From the NCBI RefSeq assembly GCF_009914755.1, contig NC_060926.1: a stretch of 64,000 bases of DNA. One strand, 5' to 3'. The position numbers and the translations under genes are program-made. Positions 1 to 13,473 of the stretch are shown here, piece after piece. The stretch comes from the human T2T-CHM13v2.0 reference genome, Homo sapiens. The stretch's first letter is position 1. Every line of letters begins with the position of its first letter. The notes beneath the pieces were generated by a model. The model saw nothing but the letters and a program-made list of their open reading frames with translations, did no database searches and had not been told where the DNA came from.

Positions 1-199
1 TGTGTGGCACTGGGAGGCCCTCAGTGGTCGTCCCATGTTTAGTGAAAAGTAGGTGCAGGTGGTGACGGCGGATCTTTCCATCATAAACTTGTCCATCATG
101 AAAGCAGTGGCGCCCCCACTCTCTGGATGGAGAAGACTGGAGAGAAGTCAGGGAATTAAAAGCCCCAACTTGCACCTTACCTTTCAAGTTCCTATTTGA

Positions 200-510
200 C
201 ATCCACAGGGAAAAATAAACTACACAGTTGGATCTGAGTCTGGAATTCAAGATCTGAGCTGGAGATATAAATTTGGGAGTTGTCAGTGTGTCAATGATGT
301 GAACACGGCTGGATGAGATCACCAAGGGCACCAGTGCCAGTGCCGAGAGGTCACAGAGATGCAGAACCAGCAAAGGGAGTTGGACATTGTCCCAGAGGCC
401 AAGTGAGATGAGAAGTGCCAAATGGATATAAAGGTTACAGCAACCTTGATGAGAGCTGGTTCAGTGGAGTAATGCGGTGAGCACCTGGTTGATGTAGGTT
501 CAAGAGAGGA
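200..510 (-). mobile_element. L2 fragment
   Basis: Degenerate gctggagatataaatttgggagttgtcag...ggatgagatcacc text typical of antisense L2. Confidence 0.6.
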
Positions 511-633
511 GATTCCTCAAAAAAGTGAAATAGAATTACCATATAATTTGGCAGTTGTACTTCTGAGTGTTCACCGAAAAGACCTAAAAGCAGTGTCTCA
601 AAGAGGTACTTGTACAGCAGTGTTCATAGCAGC
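511..633 (+). mobile_element. Old L1 (L1M-type) fragment, distal ORF2 region
   Basis: ttcctcaaaaaa..aaatagaattaccatat...gtgttcatagcagcat resembles the L1 ORF2 3' end; abuts an earlier ORF2 part of a second L1. Confidence 0.6.
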
Positions 634-684
634 ATATACACTAGCAACAAACTATCCAAAAAAGAAATCAAGAAAACAATCTTG

Positions 685-1230
685 GCTGGGCACAGTGGCT
701 CACACCTGTAATCCCAGCATTTGGGGAGGCCAAGGAGAGAGGACTGCCTGATCTCAGGTTGAGAATGTTGTGAGCCATGATCGTGCCACTGCACTCCAGC
801 CTGGGCTACAGAGTGAGACCCTGTTATGTGGTTTGGCCCTGTGTCCCCACCCAAATCTCATGTTGAATTATGATCTTTGTGTTGGGGGAGGAGCCTGATG
901 GGAGGTAATTGGATCATGGGGGCAGATTTCTCCCTTTCTGTTCTTGTGATAGTGAGTTCTCCCGAGATCTGGTTGTTTAAAAGTGTGTAGCACTTCCCCC
1001 TTCACTCTCTCTCTCCTGCCGCCATGTGAAAGTGCTTGCTTCCCCTTTACCCTTCCACCATGATTGTAAGTTTCCTGAGACCTCCCCAGCCATGCTTCCT
1101 GTATAGCCTGTGGAACTGTGAATCAATTAAATCTCTTTTCTTCATAAATTACCCAGTCCCAGGTAACTGTTTATATCAGTGTGAGAACAGAGTAATACAC
1201 CCTGTCTCAAAAAAGAAAAATAAAGAAAAG
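685..1230 (+). mobile_element. Monomeric Alu (FAM/FRAM-like or internally deleted AluJ) split by an LTR
   Basis: ggctgggcacagtggctcac...gcactccagcctggg...gagaccctg (685-823) resumes as ccctgtctcaaaa at 1200; TSD-like aagaaaacaatc / aagaaaagaatc. Confidence 0.75.
824..1199 (+). mobile_element. ERVL-MaLR solo LTR (MST/THE1 group)
   Basis: Starts ttatgtggtttggccctgtgtccccacccaaatctc, ends gtaataca; 5-bp TSD CCCTG at 819-823 and 1200-1204. Confidence 0.88.
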
Positions 1231-2525
1231 AATCCCATTTACAATAGCTACAAAAAAAGCACTTTAGGATTAAATGTAAACAAGGAGGTGAAGGATCTGT
1301 ACATTAAGAACTACAAAACATGATGAAAAAAATTGAAAGAGACACAAATAAATGTGAAGATATCCCATGTTCATGGACTGGAAGAATTAATATTGTTAAA
1401 ATGCCCATGCTACCCAAAGCAATCTACAGATTCAATGCAGTCCCTATCAAAACTCCAATGACATTGCTCACAAAAATAGAAAAAATAAAATAAAATTTGT
1501 ACCAAATCAGAAAAGACTCCTAATAGTCAAAGCAATCTTGAGCAATAAGAACAAAGCTGGAGACATCACACTACCTGATTCCAAAATCTAATGCAAAGCT
1601 GTAACCATCAAAACAGCATGGTACTGGCATAAACAGAAACAGGTGGACCAGTGGAAGAATAGCGAGCCCAGAAATAAATCCACGCATTTCCAGTCGATTG
1701 TTTTTTGACACAGTTGCCAAGATCACACTATGGGGAAAGGATAATCTCCTCAATAAGTGATGTTGGGGAAAACTGTCCACCTGCAGAAGAATGAAATTAG
1801 ACCCTCATCTCATTCCATATAAAAAAATCAACTCAAAATGTATTAAAGACTTAAATGTAAGACCTGAAACTATAAAACTAGTAGGAGAAAACATAAGGCG
1901 AAAGCTCCATGATATTGTTCCAAAAACAATGATTTTTTTGGATATGACTCAAGAGCACAGGCAACAAAAGAAAAAACAGACAAACGGGATTGCACTAAAC
2001 TAAAAAGCCTCTGCACAGCAATGGAAACAACAGAGTAAAATGACAAACTAACCTACGGAATGGGAGAAAATATTTGTAAACTGTGCATCTGTTAAGGGGT
2101 TAATATCCAAAATAAACAGTAAATATAAACAAATTAATAGCAAGAAAACAAATAACCTGGTTTTAAAATGGACAAAGGACCCAAATAGGCATTTTTCAAA
2201 AGAAGACATACAAATGGCCAATAGATACGTGAAAAAAAAATGCTTGACATCATTAATCATCAGGGAAATGCAAATTAAAACCACAATAAGATATCATCTC
2301 ACACCTGTTAGAATGGCTATGATCAAAATGAAAAGAGATAACAAGTGTCACAGGAAATGTGGAGAAAAGGGAACCATCGTACACTGTTGGTGGGAATGTA
2401 AATCAGTACAGCCATTGTAGAAAACAGTATGGAAATTCCTCAGAAAATTAAGAAGAAAACTACTATATGATACAGTGATCCCACTTCTGGGTATGTCTCC
2501 AAAGGATATGAAATCAGTATGTTGA

Positions 2526-2829
<304 letters not shown>

Positions 2830-3082
2830 TGTTGAAAATATATCTACACTCCCACATTCCCTGCAGCACTATTCACAATAACCAAGATATGGAATCAACC
2901 TAAGTGTCTAACAACAGATGAATAGATAAAGAAAATGTGGTATCGAGACACAATGGAGTACTCTTCAGCCTTCAACATGAAGGAGATCCTGTCATTTTCA
3001 ACAGCATGGAGGAATCTGGAAGACACTATGATATGTCAAATAAACCAGGCACAGAAAGACGAATACCACGTGATCTCACTTC

Positions 3083-3389
3083 TTTTTTTTTTTTTTTTTT
3101 TTTTTTTTGAGACGGAGTCTCGCTCTGTCGCCCAGGCTGGAGTGCAGTGGCGGGATCTAGGCTCACTGTAAGCTTCGCCTCCCAGGTTCCCACCATTCTC
3201 CTGCCTCAGCCTCCCGAGTAGCTGGGACTACAGGCATGCATCACCATGCCCAGCTAATTTTTGTATTTTTTGTAAAGTTGGGTTTCACCGTGTTTGCCAG
3301 GCTGGTCTCAAATTCCTGACCTCAAATGATCTGCCCACCTCAGCCTCCCAAAGTGCTGGGATTACAGACATGAGCCACTGCACCCAGCC
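3083..3389 (-). mobile_element. Alu, apparently chimeric AluS (left arm) / AluY (right arm)
   Basis: Full dimer with T26 tail; mixed diagnostic positions; no convincing TSD. Confidence 0.9.
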
Positions 3390-6300
3390 GTCACTCATCT
3401 TCTAATGGAAAGAATTTGCATTTATAAAAGAAGGATTGACATTTGTAATTTTTCTAAGAAATGGAATTTACAGTGCCAATATAGATGACTCTCAAATCTC
3501 ACATCGCTGAGTGCTAAGTGAACTTCCTGTTGCTGTGAAAGTTAGCTACAAATCTGTCATATTTGAAGTGAGTTAGAAAGCATGTGGGGAAGATTGACTA
3601 CATCTCCTGAATCCACTAAAGCTGATTTGGGTGCTCGTTTTGTGATTGGATATATATAGGACATCTTTTTAACTCCCTAATATGATATAACCAAAACCAG
3701 TTCTCTGTATTCTCTGTAGAAAACAACACGACAGGCCAGTGTTGACTGAAACCCAACCACATGAACAAAAAGGGCAAAGCCCAACGCTGTTAACCCTCAA
3801 TGGAGATAATTAAAGACAAAACAAGAGAAATACTGCTTTATTTCTTACTAGGCTGCTAATGAAAAAGACTCACAATTCCACAAACAGGGTGGACATCGCT
3901 TTCCAGTTTACTCTTATCTTTTGAAATGTGAGTTATTGGTTCCCAGTTTGAGATTTATTCACTGAATCAACTGTCAGTCTTTTCATTGGGGTTATTTTCA
4001 TTTTGTTTCATTTTGATTTTGACCTTAACTTCTGGAAACTATAATTGGGGAATAAAAGGTAAGGGGTGTCTCCTGATAGGAATTACATATGTAACGTAAA
4101 TATATAGATACATCTATCTATCTATATGTAAGGTGGCAATGCATATATGTATTTAAAAAACTAAATAAAACAAAACCAAGATTGTCTAGGCAAATCAGTG
4201 CTATGTATAGAATTTCTCTTTGGTTATTTGGGATTGTAATCTTGTCTTTATGCAATTCAGGATTACACTGAGAAAAATTAAAGAAAATGTCAAAAGCTAT
4301 TATACTGGGCAGGGGTAGGGCATGAGTTTAAAGATATTTGAGTATTTTCAATATATCCAAATCATATGTATGCATTTGTTTCTGCCCAATTTGTGAAATA
4401 TATGGTTTATCATGTCTATCTAAATACTTGCTGAGGAAGGTAAGTTAACTAGTATTTACTGAGCAACTGTATAGGTAGGATTTTGTCTCAATTTCCAAGC
4501 AGTGGTTCTTGGCTGTGGCCCTGAGCTCTCTCAAGAACATGGTGCCTGGTATTCCTGCGTGCACACTGAGCATTGTCTAGGACAGAGCACCAAATATTTT
4601 ATGGAATATCCATGTGACTCACGTATGATTATTCATAAATTACACATTAACTACCACAATAGAAGTTAATTCATTGTACAATATAAACAAAAGTAAATTT
4701 AAAGAGGCAAAAAATATAATCAGAAGAGCATGCATTTTACTTCAGAGAACTAGACAAAAATTAAATGTGCCTTGTGTCAGTATGTATTTTTACTTTTTAA
4801 ACATTTGTAAGTACTATTTGTGATTAATAAAATGCAACTGCTCCTAAAAACATTACTGAATTTATATGTCAATGGAAGTTCACTAATATAATGTGACATT
4901 CTGTGGAATTTTACAATGTTACGAAGATAACATAATTCATGATAGAAAACCACTATTCTAAGATTTTCATCTTCATCAAAGTAAACTTACCCATGAAGGG
5001 GCATTTTCTGAAGAAGAGCCCCCAAACCCTTGTTTGCAGTGGTGGGAAAAGGCTGGCGGTGGTAGGGGGCATCCTTGCACCATTTTGGTTTCAGTTACAG
5101 TGGAGCTGAGGTTGGATGAAGAATCACAGAAACAGGTCAAGTGTGAGGATGCACGTACCAGCCAGGCAGGGGAGCGAAGACAGAAATGGGAAACAGGAGC
5201 AAAATGAAACAGAAATAAAGAGAGGAAAATAATTTAACAGTGAGTAGACAGGCAAAGGCAACATATGTAAAATTGGAGTATTCTAAGAGGAAAACCTAAA
5301 TAAATGGAACAATGAATATTTTCACATATGAATTAATAAGGCATTCCATAAAGAAGAGTCGAATCTCCACCATGCCCCAGAAAACATAGAGATAGTACAG
5401 TCACTACTGAAACAGTCTAATCGTGTTTTCAGATGGCCATGATAAAGAGGTTCTTGAGAAGACAGGCAAAAAACAACAACAACAACAACAAATCAAGATC
5501 AAATGGGAAAATATCCAACCTGGCCTCAATTTCTCCGTGGCAACATTCACTATTAGAAGAAAGTTATGGCAATGTCTACAAAGCCTTAAGGAAAGAAAGC
5601 GTGACAGAATTGTTCACGCTTCAAACTGTCATTCAAAAATAAAAGAGGAGAAAAATATATTTGTTTATATAGGCATATAATTCCCTAGAAGGATATGTAA
5701 AAAAATGAAATTCCATTTTTAAAAAATGCAAGGATTCAGGAATATCGTCCCCATAATTCCTTCTTGAATAAACTATTGAAGACAATGTCTTCCACCTGAC
5801 ATTGTTCCATGGAATCACTGAGATCCTTTATGAACCTGTAGGCTCAAGCCACAGCCCATATGAATTAAATTAGAAGCTCGGTGATAGCACTGAATTATCA
5901 ATACTTTTTTAAACCCCAAGGTTCAGAACGAGTGCAACCAAGAGATAAGTGAAAGAAGTACACAAGAGAACTGGCAATGAGCGTTATTTAACTGTGGGAC
6001 TAAGACAAGCATGGAAATCCTAAAACCAAGGAGAACCACCTAAAAAACTGTGACAAACAGTACAAGGATTTAGGAAGGCAGCTGGGTATAAGCTACTGCC
6101 CAGAAATCAATAGCCTCCATATATTCATGCAATAACCAGTTAGAAGACAGAATGGAAGAAAAGGCTTCATATCAATAGCTATAAAATATATAAAATACCA
6201 AGGAATAAGGTTGGCATGAGTGCAATTTATATAAAGAAATCTTTAAAACACTACTGAGAAACCAAAACTTTCAACAGCAGAAATGGCATACCATGTTCTT

Positions 6301-6486
6301 GGATAAGATGACTTAACACTATAAAAATATCAAACCTCACCAAGTTTATCTACATAATGCAGGTCCCAATAAAAATATTAATAGAATTTCTTTTGGTACC
6401 AGATAGCCTGGTTCTAAAACTTGTATGGAAAAATTAACAAGCAATAATAACCAAGAAATTTTTTCAAAAAGATTAGTAGGGGGCTG

Positions 6487-6874
6487 TGCATTAATCTGTT
6501 TTCATACTACTGTAAAGAACTGCCCAAGACTGGGTAATTTATAAAGGAAAGAGGTTTAATTGACTCACAGTTCAGCATAGCTGGAGAGGCCTCAGGAAAC
6601 TTAAAATCATGGCAGAAGATGAAGGGGAACCAAGGCACCTTCTTCACAAGGCGGCAGGAAGGAGGAGTGCCGAGTGAAGGAGGAAGAACCCCTTATAAAA
6701 CCATCAGATCTTATGAGAACTCACTCACTATCACCAGAACAGCATGCGGGGAACTGCCCTCCTGTTTCAATTACCACCACCTGGTCTCTCCTTTGACATG
6801 CGGAGATTATGGGGATTATGGAGATTACAATCCAAGATGAGATTTGGGTGGGGACACAAAGCCTAACCATATCA
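6487..6874 (-). mobile_element. ERVL-MaLR solo LTR (THE1/MSTA-like)
   Basis: gactgggtaatttataaaggaaagaggtttaattgactcacagttc ... gatttgggtggggacacaaagcctaaccatatca. Confidence 0.9.
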
Positions 6875-7026
6875 GTGTGGTTAGCCTGAAGGTATGAAAA
6901 TATTATAAGTCTGTAATTAATAAAACTATATGGTACTAGCACATCTCATGAACAGGCAGGTCAATGGTACAAAACGGAAAATGCAGAAGTAGATCCAAAT
7001 AAATGATGAACTTTTCTATACAGTAA

Positions 7027-7391
<365 letters not shown>

Positions 7392-7542
7392 TAAAGAACA
7401 GTTTGGGGACAGAGAGCAAACCATGTGGAATACACTAAGTTAATGCTTCATACCTCATACCAAAATAAATTACAAGAAAGTCAAAAGCTGGCAAATGGAA
7501 CCACAAAACAACAAGAAGAAATCAATTTTTACCAAAAAAACT

Positions 7543-7918
7543 ATATATAATTTTATATATATTTATATTATATATGTTTATAATATATTTATATAATGTA
7601 TATTATATATTTTTATATACATATAAATATATATATTTTAGAGACAGAGTCTTGCTCTGTTGCCTAGGCTAGAGTACAGCGGTGCGATCATTGCTCATCG
7701 CTGCCTCGCTCCTGGGCTCAAGGGGTCCAGCCACCTCAGCTTCCCAAGTAGCTGGGACTGCAGGCATGTGCCACCACGCCCAGCTAATTTTCCTTTTTTG
7801 TAGAGATGGGGTCTCACTATCTTACCCAGCCTGGTGTCAAACTCCTGGCCTCAAGCAATCCTCTCCCCTCAGCCTCCCAAAGTGTTGGTATTACAGGCGT
7901 GAGCCACCGCAAGTGGCC
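7543..7918 (-). mobile_element. AluJ with (TA)n-expanded tail
   Basis: Alu body ~7634-7918; AT-only low-complexity tract 7543-7640. Confidence 0.88.
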
Positions 7919-8345
7919 GAGAAGTTTAAGATAATATTGGAAAATATTTCGTGTAAGTTACAAATCCCATAAGTTACCCCAGAAAAGATGTTTAGCTTTG
8001 TCTTACATAGACATTAAAATATTTATAAAGGCAAAAGCCAATGTTAAGGTCAAAAGGCAGCAAACAGGGAAAAAATATAATATTTGCAACTTGTGTCACT
8101 AAAACTAATTTTCACAAGAGGAACTCTAAAAAGTTATTAAGAAGGCCAATGATACGCGAGAAGGCAAAAGAAATAAAATAGTTTGTTAAAAACAAAAGGA
8201 ACTACACATGGCTCTAAAACAGAAAGAAGTCCAAACTTCACACATATTAGAAGTATTCATTAAAACTACTCTAGGTTACCATCTGCCCACCCCACGCCCC
8301 AGCACACTAGCAGGGATTAGGAGATGGCTTGGCAACTCACTGCGT

Positions 8346-8508
8346 AGTGTAGATATGGGGACATAGGGACCCCTGTGCTGATGAGAGAGTCCACAGCAGC
8401 TATCTCCACAGAGTACAGCTGGCCAGTGTAGGTTTGGGGACATAGGGACCCCCACAGTGCTGATGAGAGAGTCCACAGCAGCTATCTCTGCAGAGTACAG
8501 CTGGCCAG
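8346..8508. repeat. Two-copy tandem duplication, ~80-bp unit
   Basis: tggggacatagggacccc..gtgctgatgagagagtccacagcagctatctc..cagagtacagctggccag occurs twice (units start ~8346 and ~8425). Confidence 0.92.
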
Positions 8509-9937
8509 CATCTGTCCACTTCAAAAGGCACATGCTGTTTAACCCGGAAGTTCTACCTCTGGGAATTTATCTTGCACCTCTACTCCCATGATATGAAATT
8601 CCAAGTCATTTGCTGCAGTCTTGCTTGTAGCAGAAAAATGTGGAAACAAACAAATTTGTCTGCCATAAAGGACTGGTCAAACCTGTTGCCATCCATACAA
8701 GGAGTGCCACGAGCTCCTGTGCACCTGTGGAAGGAGCTCTGAGCTAGATTGTTTAGCAAGAAAAGCTTCAACACACAAGTTCAGTGAAAAAAGCAAGGGC
8801 AGAACAGCGCACGGTGCTACATGTCTGTGGCAGAAAAAGGGAGAAAAGCATGCGTTTTTGAGTTTATATATTCCATCACCTTCAATATACAGCGTCGGGA
8901 CACCTGACCACCTGCAGGACCCACTGTCATCCTGGGAGAGGGAGGAGGAAGCTCTCGGATCTCCTCTTGTGAAAGAGGCGAGATTATTGCTCAGCCTGGC
9001 TCCAGAGGCACGCAGTCCCTGTGCCCCGAGAAACTAACATGCCATCTCTGCTCTCCCACCGCTTCCTGGGTTGGGCTGCGGGGAGAGGCCTTGCTACAGT
9101 GGGTGCCTCATCAGCACTGTGAACAAACAGGGAAGGATATCTGGGGCCACGCAGGGAGACCCTGGGGGATCCTGGGCAGAAGCCCCTGAAGTGATTGAGC
9201 TGTTTCCTGGGCCCTCTGATGATTCTCCCTCTGCCTTGGAGGCTTGGCTTCCCCTGGCTGCTGCTAATTCTGGAGGACACAGTGGGGTGGGCCACATAAT
9301 GGAGGCTGGACTGTGTGTCCAGTCCACCCAGATGCCACCATGCCTGCCAGTCCCTCTCCTCCTTAGAGCACAAGCCCTCTGATGCTCCCAGACAGTGGAA
9401 ACTTTTTGTTCCCCAAAGCCCTCCAGCTGGCCGGGCTGCCCTCCCCAGACTCCCTCCTTCCTTCCAGATGTGAGCAAATCCCTTTCCTTCCACCTCGCTC
9501 TCGGCCCCTGGTTCACCTTCTGTTCCTGCCCAGGGCAAACTGCCCTATGTGCATCTCTGTCCTCATCCATGAAACCATCCTTGTCCTCACTGTCGATGGA
9601 ATTTTTCAGTGATACCTAACATCTGTCCCAGAGCCATGCACGTTCCGAAAGCACATTCCAGGGGGACAGTTGTGTCCCTGGTGCAACACGGGAGTGGGCA
9701 CACATTCTCTGTGCTGTGCATGGGGACAGCTCCAGGAAGAGAGAGGGCACTGTTTTCCTGTTTCCTGAGTCAATCCGCTGTAGTTCTGTGGCCCAGCTGA
9801 GTGGCATAGGCTCTCCTGACCCAGGTACCTATCAGCCCCCAAAATAGGTGTTGCCATGATTCCTTTGGACAAAATGTAAAATCTGGCTGAAGACTGAGTC
9901 CTCGTGCACCTAGCGTGACCCATGACAGCATGCAGGT

Positions 9938-10385
9938 GTTGGTCTGTAGGGATGCCATAACAAAGTGCCACAAACTGGGTGACTTAAAATAACAGAACTG
10001 TATTCTCTCACAGTTCCGGAGACCGGAAGTCCAAAGTCGAGGTATTGGGCCAGGTGGGTTCCTTCTGGAGGCTCTGAGGGGAAGGTGTTCCAGGCGTCTC
10101 TCCAGCTTCTGGTGCTGCTGGCAGCCCTCGGCCCTCTGGCTTGTAGACACATCACACCAGGCTCTGCCTCCGTCTCCACGTGGCCCCCTCCCTGGGTATT
10201 TGTGTCTCTGTGTGCAAATTTCTGTTTCCTTATAAGAAAGTCATTGAATGAGGGCCCACCCTAATCTAGTACGACCTCATCTTAACTTGATTGTACACGC
10301 AAAAAGCCTATGTCCAAATAAGGCCCCATCCACGGGTTCTGGGTGGACATGAACTTTTGGGGGATGTCACTGAACGCAGTGCAGG
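9938..10385 (-). mobile_element. MLT1-type MaLR LTR
   Basis: gccataacaaagtgccacaaactgggtgacttaaaataacagaa...agggcccaccctaat...gacctcatcttaacttg. Confidence 0.82.
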
Positions 10386-10715
10386 GTTCTTACATTCTCA
10401 CCATCACGTACATGATTTTATTCTTCAGGGTGCTAAGGTGTGGTGTGTGCCATGTGCTCTTAACCCCTTAGAAAAGATAAGGACAATTTTTTTTTCAGGT
10501 CCAATGTCTGAATGTATTTTTTTTCTTTCTCTTAGGATTTGAAGATATATAACAATATGTCATAAACTGACCTGAAATCCTTGTTTGTTCCGCAGCGAAA
10601 TCCATTAATAATCCCTATAACTGGGACAGTTTTATGTTCCCATTCTCGGTGTGGCTATTTATAGTGAAACCTCACTTTCCCTGTGTTGGTTAACATTAAA
10701 AACTGGAACTGCTTC

Positions 10716-11168
10716 TGAGGTAGGAGGCGGGACTTGACTCCAGAGGCGGGGCTTGGACACTGGGCCAGATTGAGGACTAGCTAAAACAGGCCCGGTGGGG
10801 AAAGCAGTCTTCAATCAGACACGCCCACCAGCGCTGTGTCAATTTACCGTTGCCATGACGGCACCCAGGCATTACCGCTCCTTTCCATGGCAATGACCCA
10901 GTGATTACTACCTCTTCCTTGCACAAACCGCTCCTTAATCTGCATGCAATTACAAGTGAGTATAAACAGGACTGCAAAACTGCCCTGAGGTGCTGCTCTC
11001 TGCCTGCGGGGTAGCCCTGCCCTGCGGGAGCCGGCAGGGAGCTGGAACACTGACACTTCAGTAAAGCTGTTTTCTTCTACCTATGACTTGCCCTTGAATT
11101 CTTTCCTGAGCAAGGCCAAGAACCCAGACGGGCTAAGCTCCACTTTAGGGCTCGCCTGCCCTGCATCA
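10716..11168 (+). mobile_element. ERV1 solo LTR, MER41-group-like
   Basis: TG...CA ends (tgaggtaggaggcgggac ... ctcgcctgccctgcatca); tataaa ~10961; agtaaa ~11060; gaattctttcctg..ccaagaaccc; exact subfamily uncertain. Confidence 0.72.
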
Positions 11169-11251
11169 GTTTAACTAAACTATTAGAATTTTTAATTTAA
11201 AAGAAATGAGTAAGATTGTGAGCATTCTGTGAGATGCGGAGTGAAAGAAGG

Positions 11252-11612
11252 TGCTGTAGTCTGAACGTTTGTGTCTCCCCTAAATTCATGTATAGAAATC
11301 CTAACCACCAAGCTGACTGTATTAGGAGGTGGGAGCTTTTAGGAGGTGATTAGGGCATGAGAGTAAATGAGATTAGTGCCCTTATAAAACAAACCCGGGG
11401 AGTTCTTTCCCCCCCATCCCGCCATGTGAGGACACAATGGGAAGGGGGCCCTCACCCCTTCTATGAACCAGAAAGGGGGCCCTCCCCAGACACTGAATCT
11501 GCTGGCACCTTGATCTTGGGCTTCACAGCCTCTGGAACTGGGGGAAGTTAATTTCTGTTGTTTATAAGCCACCTAGTCTATGCCCTTCTGCTACAGCAGC
11601 CTAAACAGCTCA
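11252..11612 (+). mobile_element. MLT1A/MST-type MaLR LTR
   Basis: tgctgtagtctgaacgtttgtgtctcccctaaattcat...gctggcaccttgatcttgg...tttataagccacc. Confidence 0.82.
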
Positions 11613-13306
11613 GCCTTAATGGACGAGGCACATGGAATGACTTCCGGGCCTCTGACAGGGTGCTTGGGGAGGATGGTGTGATGTTGCGTTATCACTCACA
11701 GACACTGTGGAACTGACTGGGTTGGTGGAGCGGGGACCCGGGGAAGAGTTCAGTTCTGTTCTGGGAATGTTGCCTTGAGGCAGCTGAGCACTACCCACAG
11801 GGAAAGGTCTGGCAAAGGTTCACGTGCATTCGCCTGGGCCATAGGGGAGAGGGGAGCCGTCAGCGGTCAGGGTGGTCAAAGCCACATAGTTGCATGAGGT
11901 CTCCTAAGTAGGTCAGTGGAGCAGAGTACCCAGGGTGGAGCCCCGGGAACCTCAGAAACAAGGAAGGGGTGAGCAGAGGAAGGGTCGCCCTCAGGGCACT
12001 GGGAGGGAGGAGCAGGGTGAAGGGTGGGGGCAGAGGGGAAACAGCCATGTCCATGCTGCAGAGAGACCCAAGGGAGACCCGGGGAAGAATGTCACTTGCA
12101 CCTTGCAAAAGGGAGGGTCCTGGCGGCCTCAGCCAGAGCCGTTTTAGTGAAGTCATGGGGAGAAGGACCACAGAGGCTTAGTCCTGGCTGGGGCCGCAGT
12201 GGGACTGGCAGTGGAGAGGAGGGGGCCCAAGCCAGGGAGATTGAGTTCTTGGCAAAGAGGCCGGCGGCGTTCTCCACTGCGTTTCCATCCGCAGGTGCGC
12301 CTGCCGCCTGGCCTGTCCACAGTGTGCTGGTTGCTGGTATTCAGTTCTGGATTGTACCTCTGACTGGACTGAGGTCCATCAGCAAATGACGGGGCCTCGG
12401 CGGTGTGGCAGTGTGTTCAGCTGCTGGCATGCCGCCTCGGGAACAGAAAAGTCACGTTGTTGTGTATGCGGGTAACAGCTCCAGGGAGGCGTGAAGAGAA
12501 CTTCCTGGCAAGGAGTGCTGCTCCAAGACTGAATGGACTTTTTTTGAAGTGCAAGGGTCTGGCCTCTGGAAGGGTGTTTTTGCTGCCACCTTTGAACTTC
12601 TCTGTGAGTTTTTAAATTTTGAGCAAATCGCCTTTTATAATCATTCTATATGTACTTTTTCTACCCAACGGCTGCATAGTGTTCTCTTCCCACAGCTGAT
12701 GTACTTAAGCCCCATCCTTCTCTGGTATAAAGAACGTTGCGATGAACATCCACTGGCAATCATCTTCCTACTCATCTTTGATTGTTGCTAGAAGGGAAAT
12801 TGCTGGGTTCAAAGGATGCTGACCACTTGTTAAGACTCCTGGAGCACCCAGATTTCCATCCTTCTTAATCTCGTGTTCCATTACATTGCAGAATGTAGTG
12901 ACAGCCAAGAATTTCCATTCATAAAACTCAATGTAGGGTTTTCTTTGGAAGCTAACAAATGACTTCAGGCTTGTCATCAGACCATTGCACTGTGCTGACT
13001 CTGAAGAATTTGTAAGTTCTTCACATCACTTTAAGAATACTTATAATTTTACTTATTCATGAAAGCATTTAAATAAGCTTCTTACTATTAAATAATTTCT
13101 TATTGTGAAATAAACCATTTACTTCATTAACTTATGTTTTTTAAAATCAATGAAACTAAAATTCTAAGGTTAAAGAAAAAATTCTAAGGTTAAAGTAAAA
13201 TACAATAGTAATTTAGCTTAAAAAAAGAAAAAATGCTGATTTTCTTATTTACTGATGTGAATTCTCAAGATGTTTTTATATTACTTATTGAAATAATGTT
13301 AATTTC

Positions 13307-13473
13307 TGAGCCTGTGATTTTGAACAAAACATGTATAATTGAAGTAATCTATAATCTGTGAAACAGGTATCTCAATTTTTCTCAAAGGTTTTAATTAGAA
13401 AGTCAGGGTTGGAATCCACTCTTCACGTAAGAATGAGATGGTTTCCAGAGATACCAACAAGCCAACACATCTT
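13307..13473 (+). repeat. Dispersed direct repeat, copy 1 (~166 bp)
   Basis: Aligns with 14344-14509; about 10 substitutions and 3 small indels by manual alignment. Confidence 0.95.

Noticed and set aside
13158-13196. ~20-bp tandem duplication (aaaattctaaggttaaag x2)
   Set aside because: Ordinary short slippage duplication
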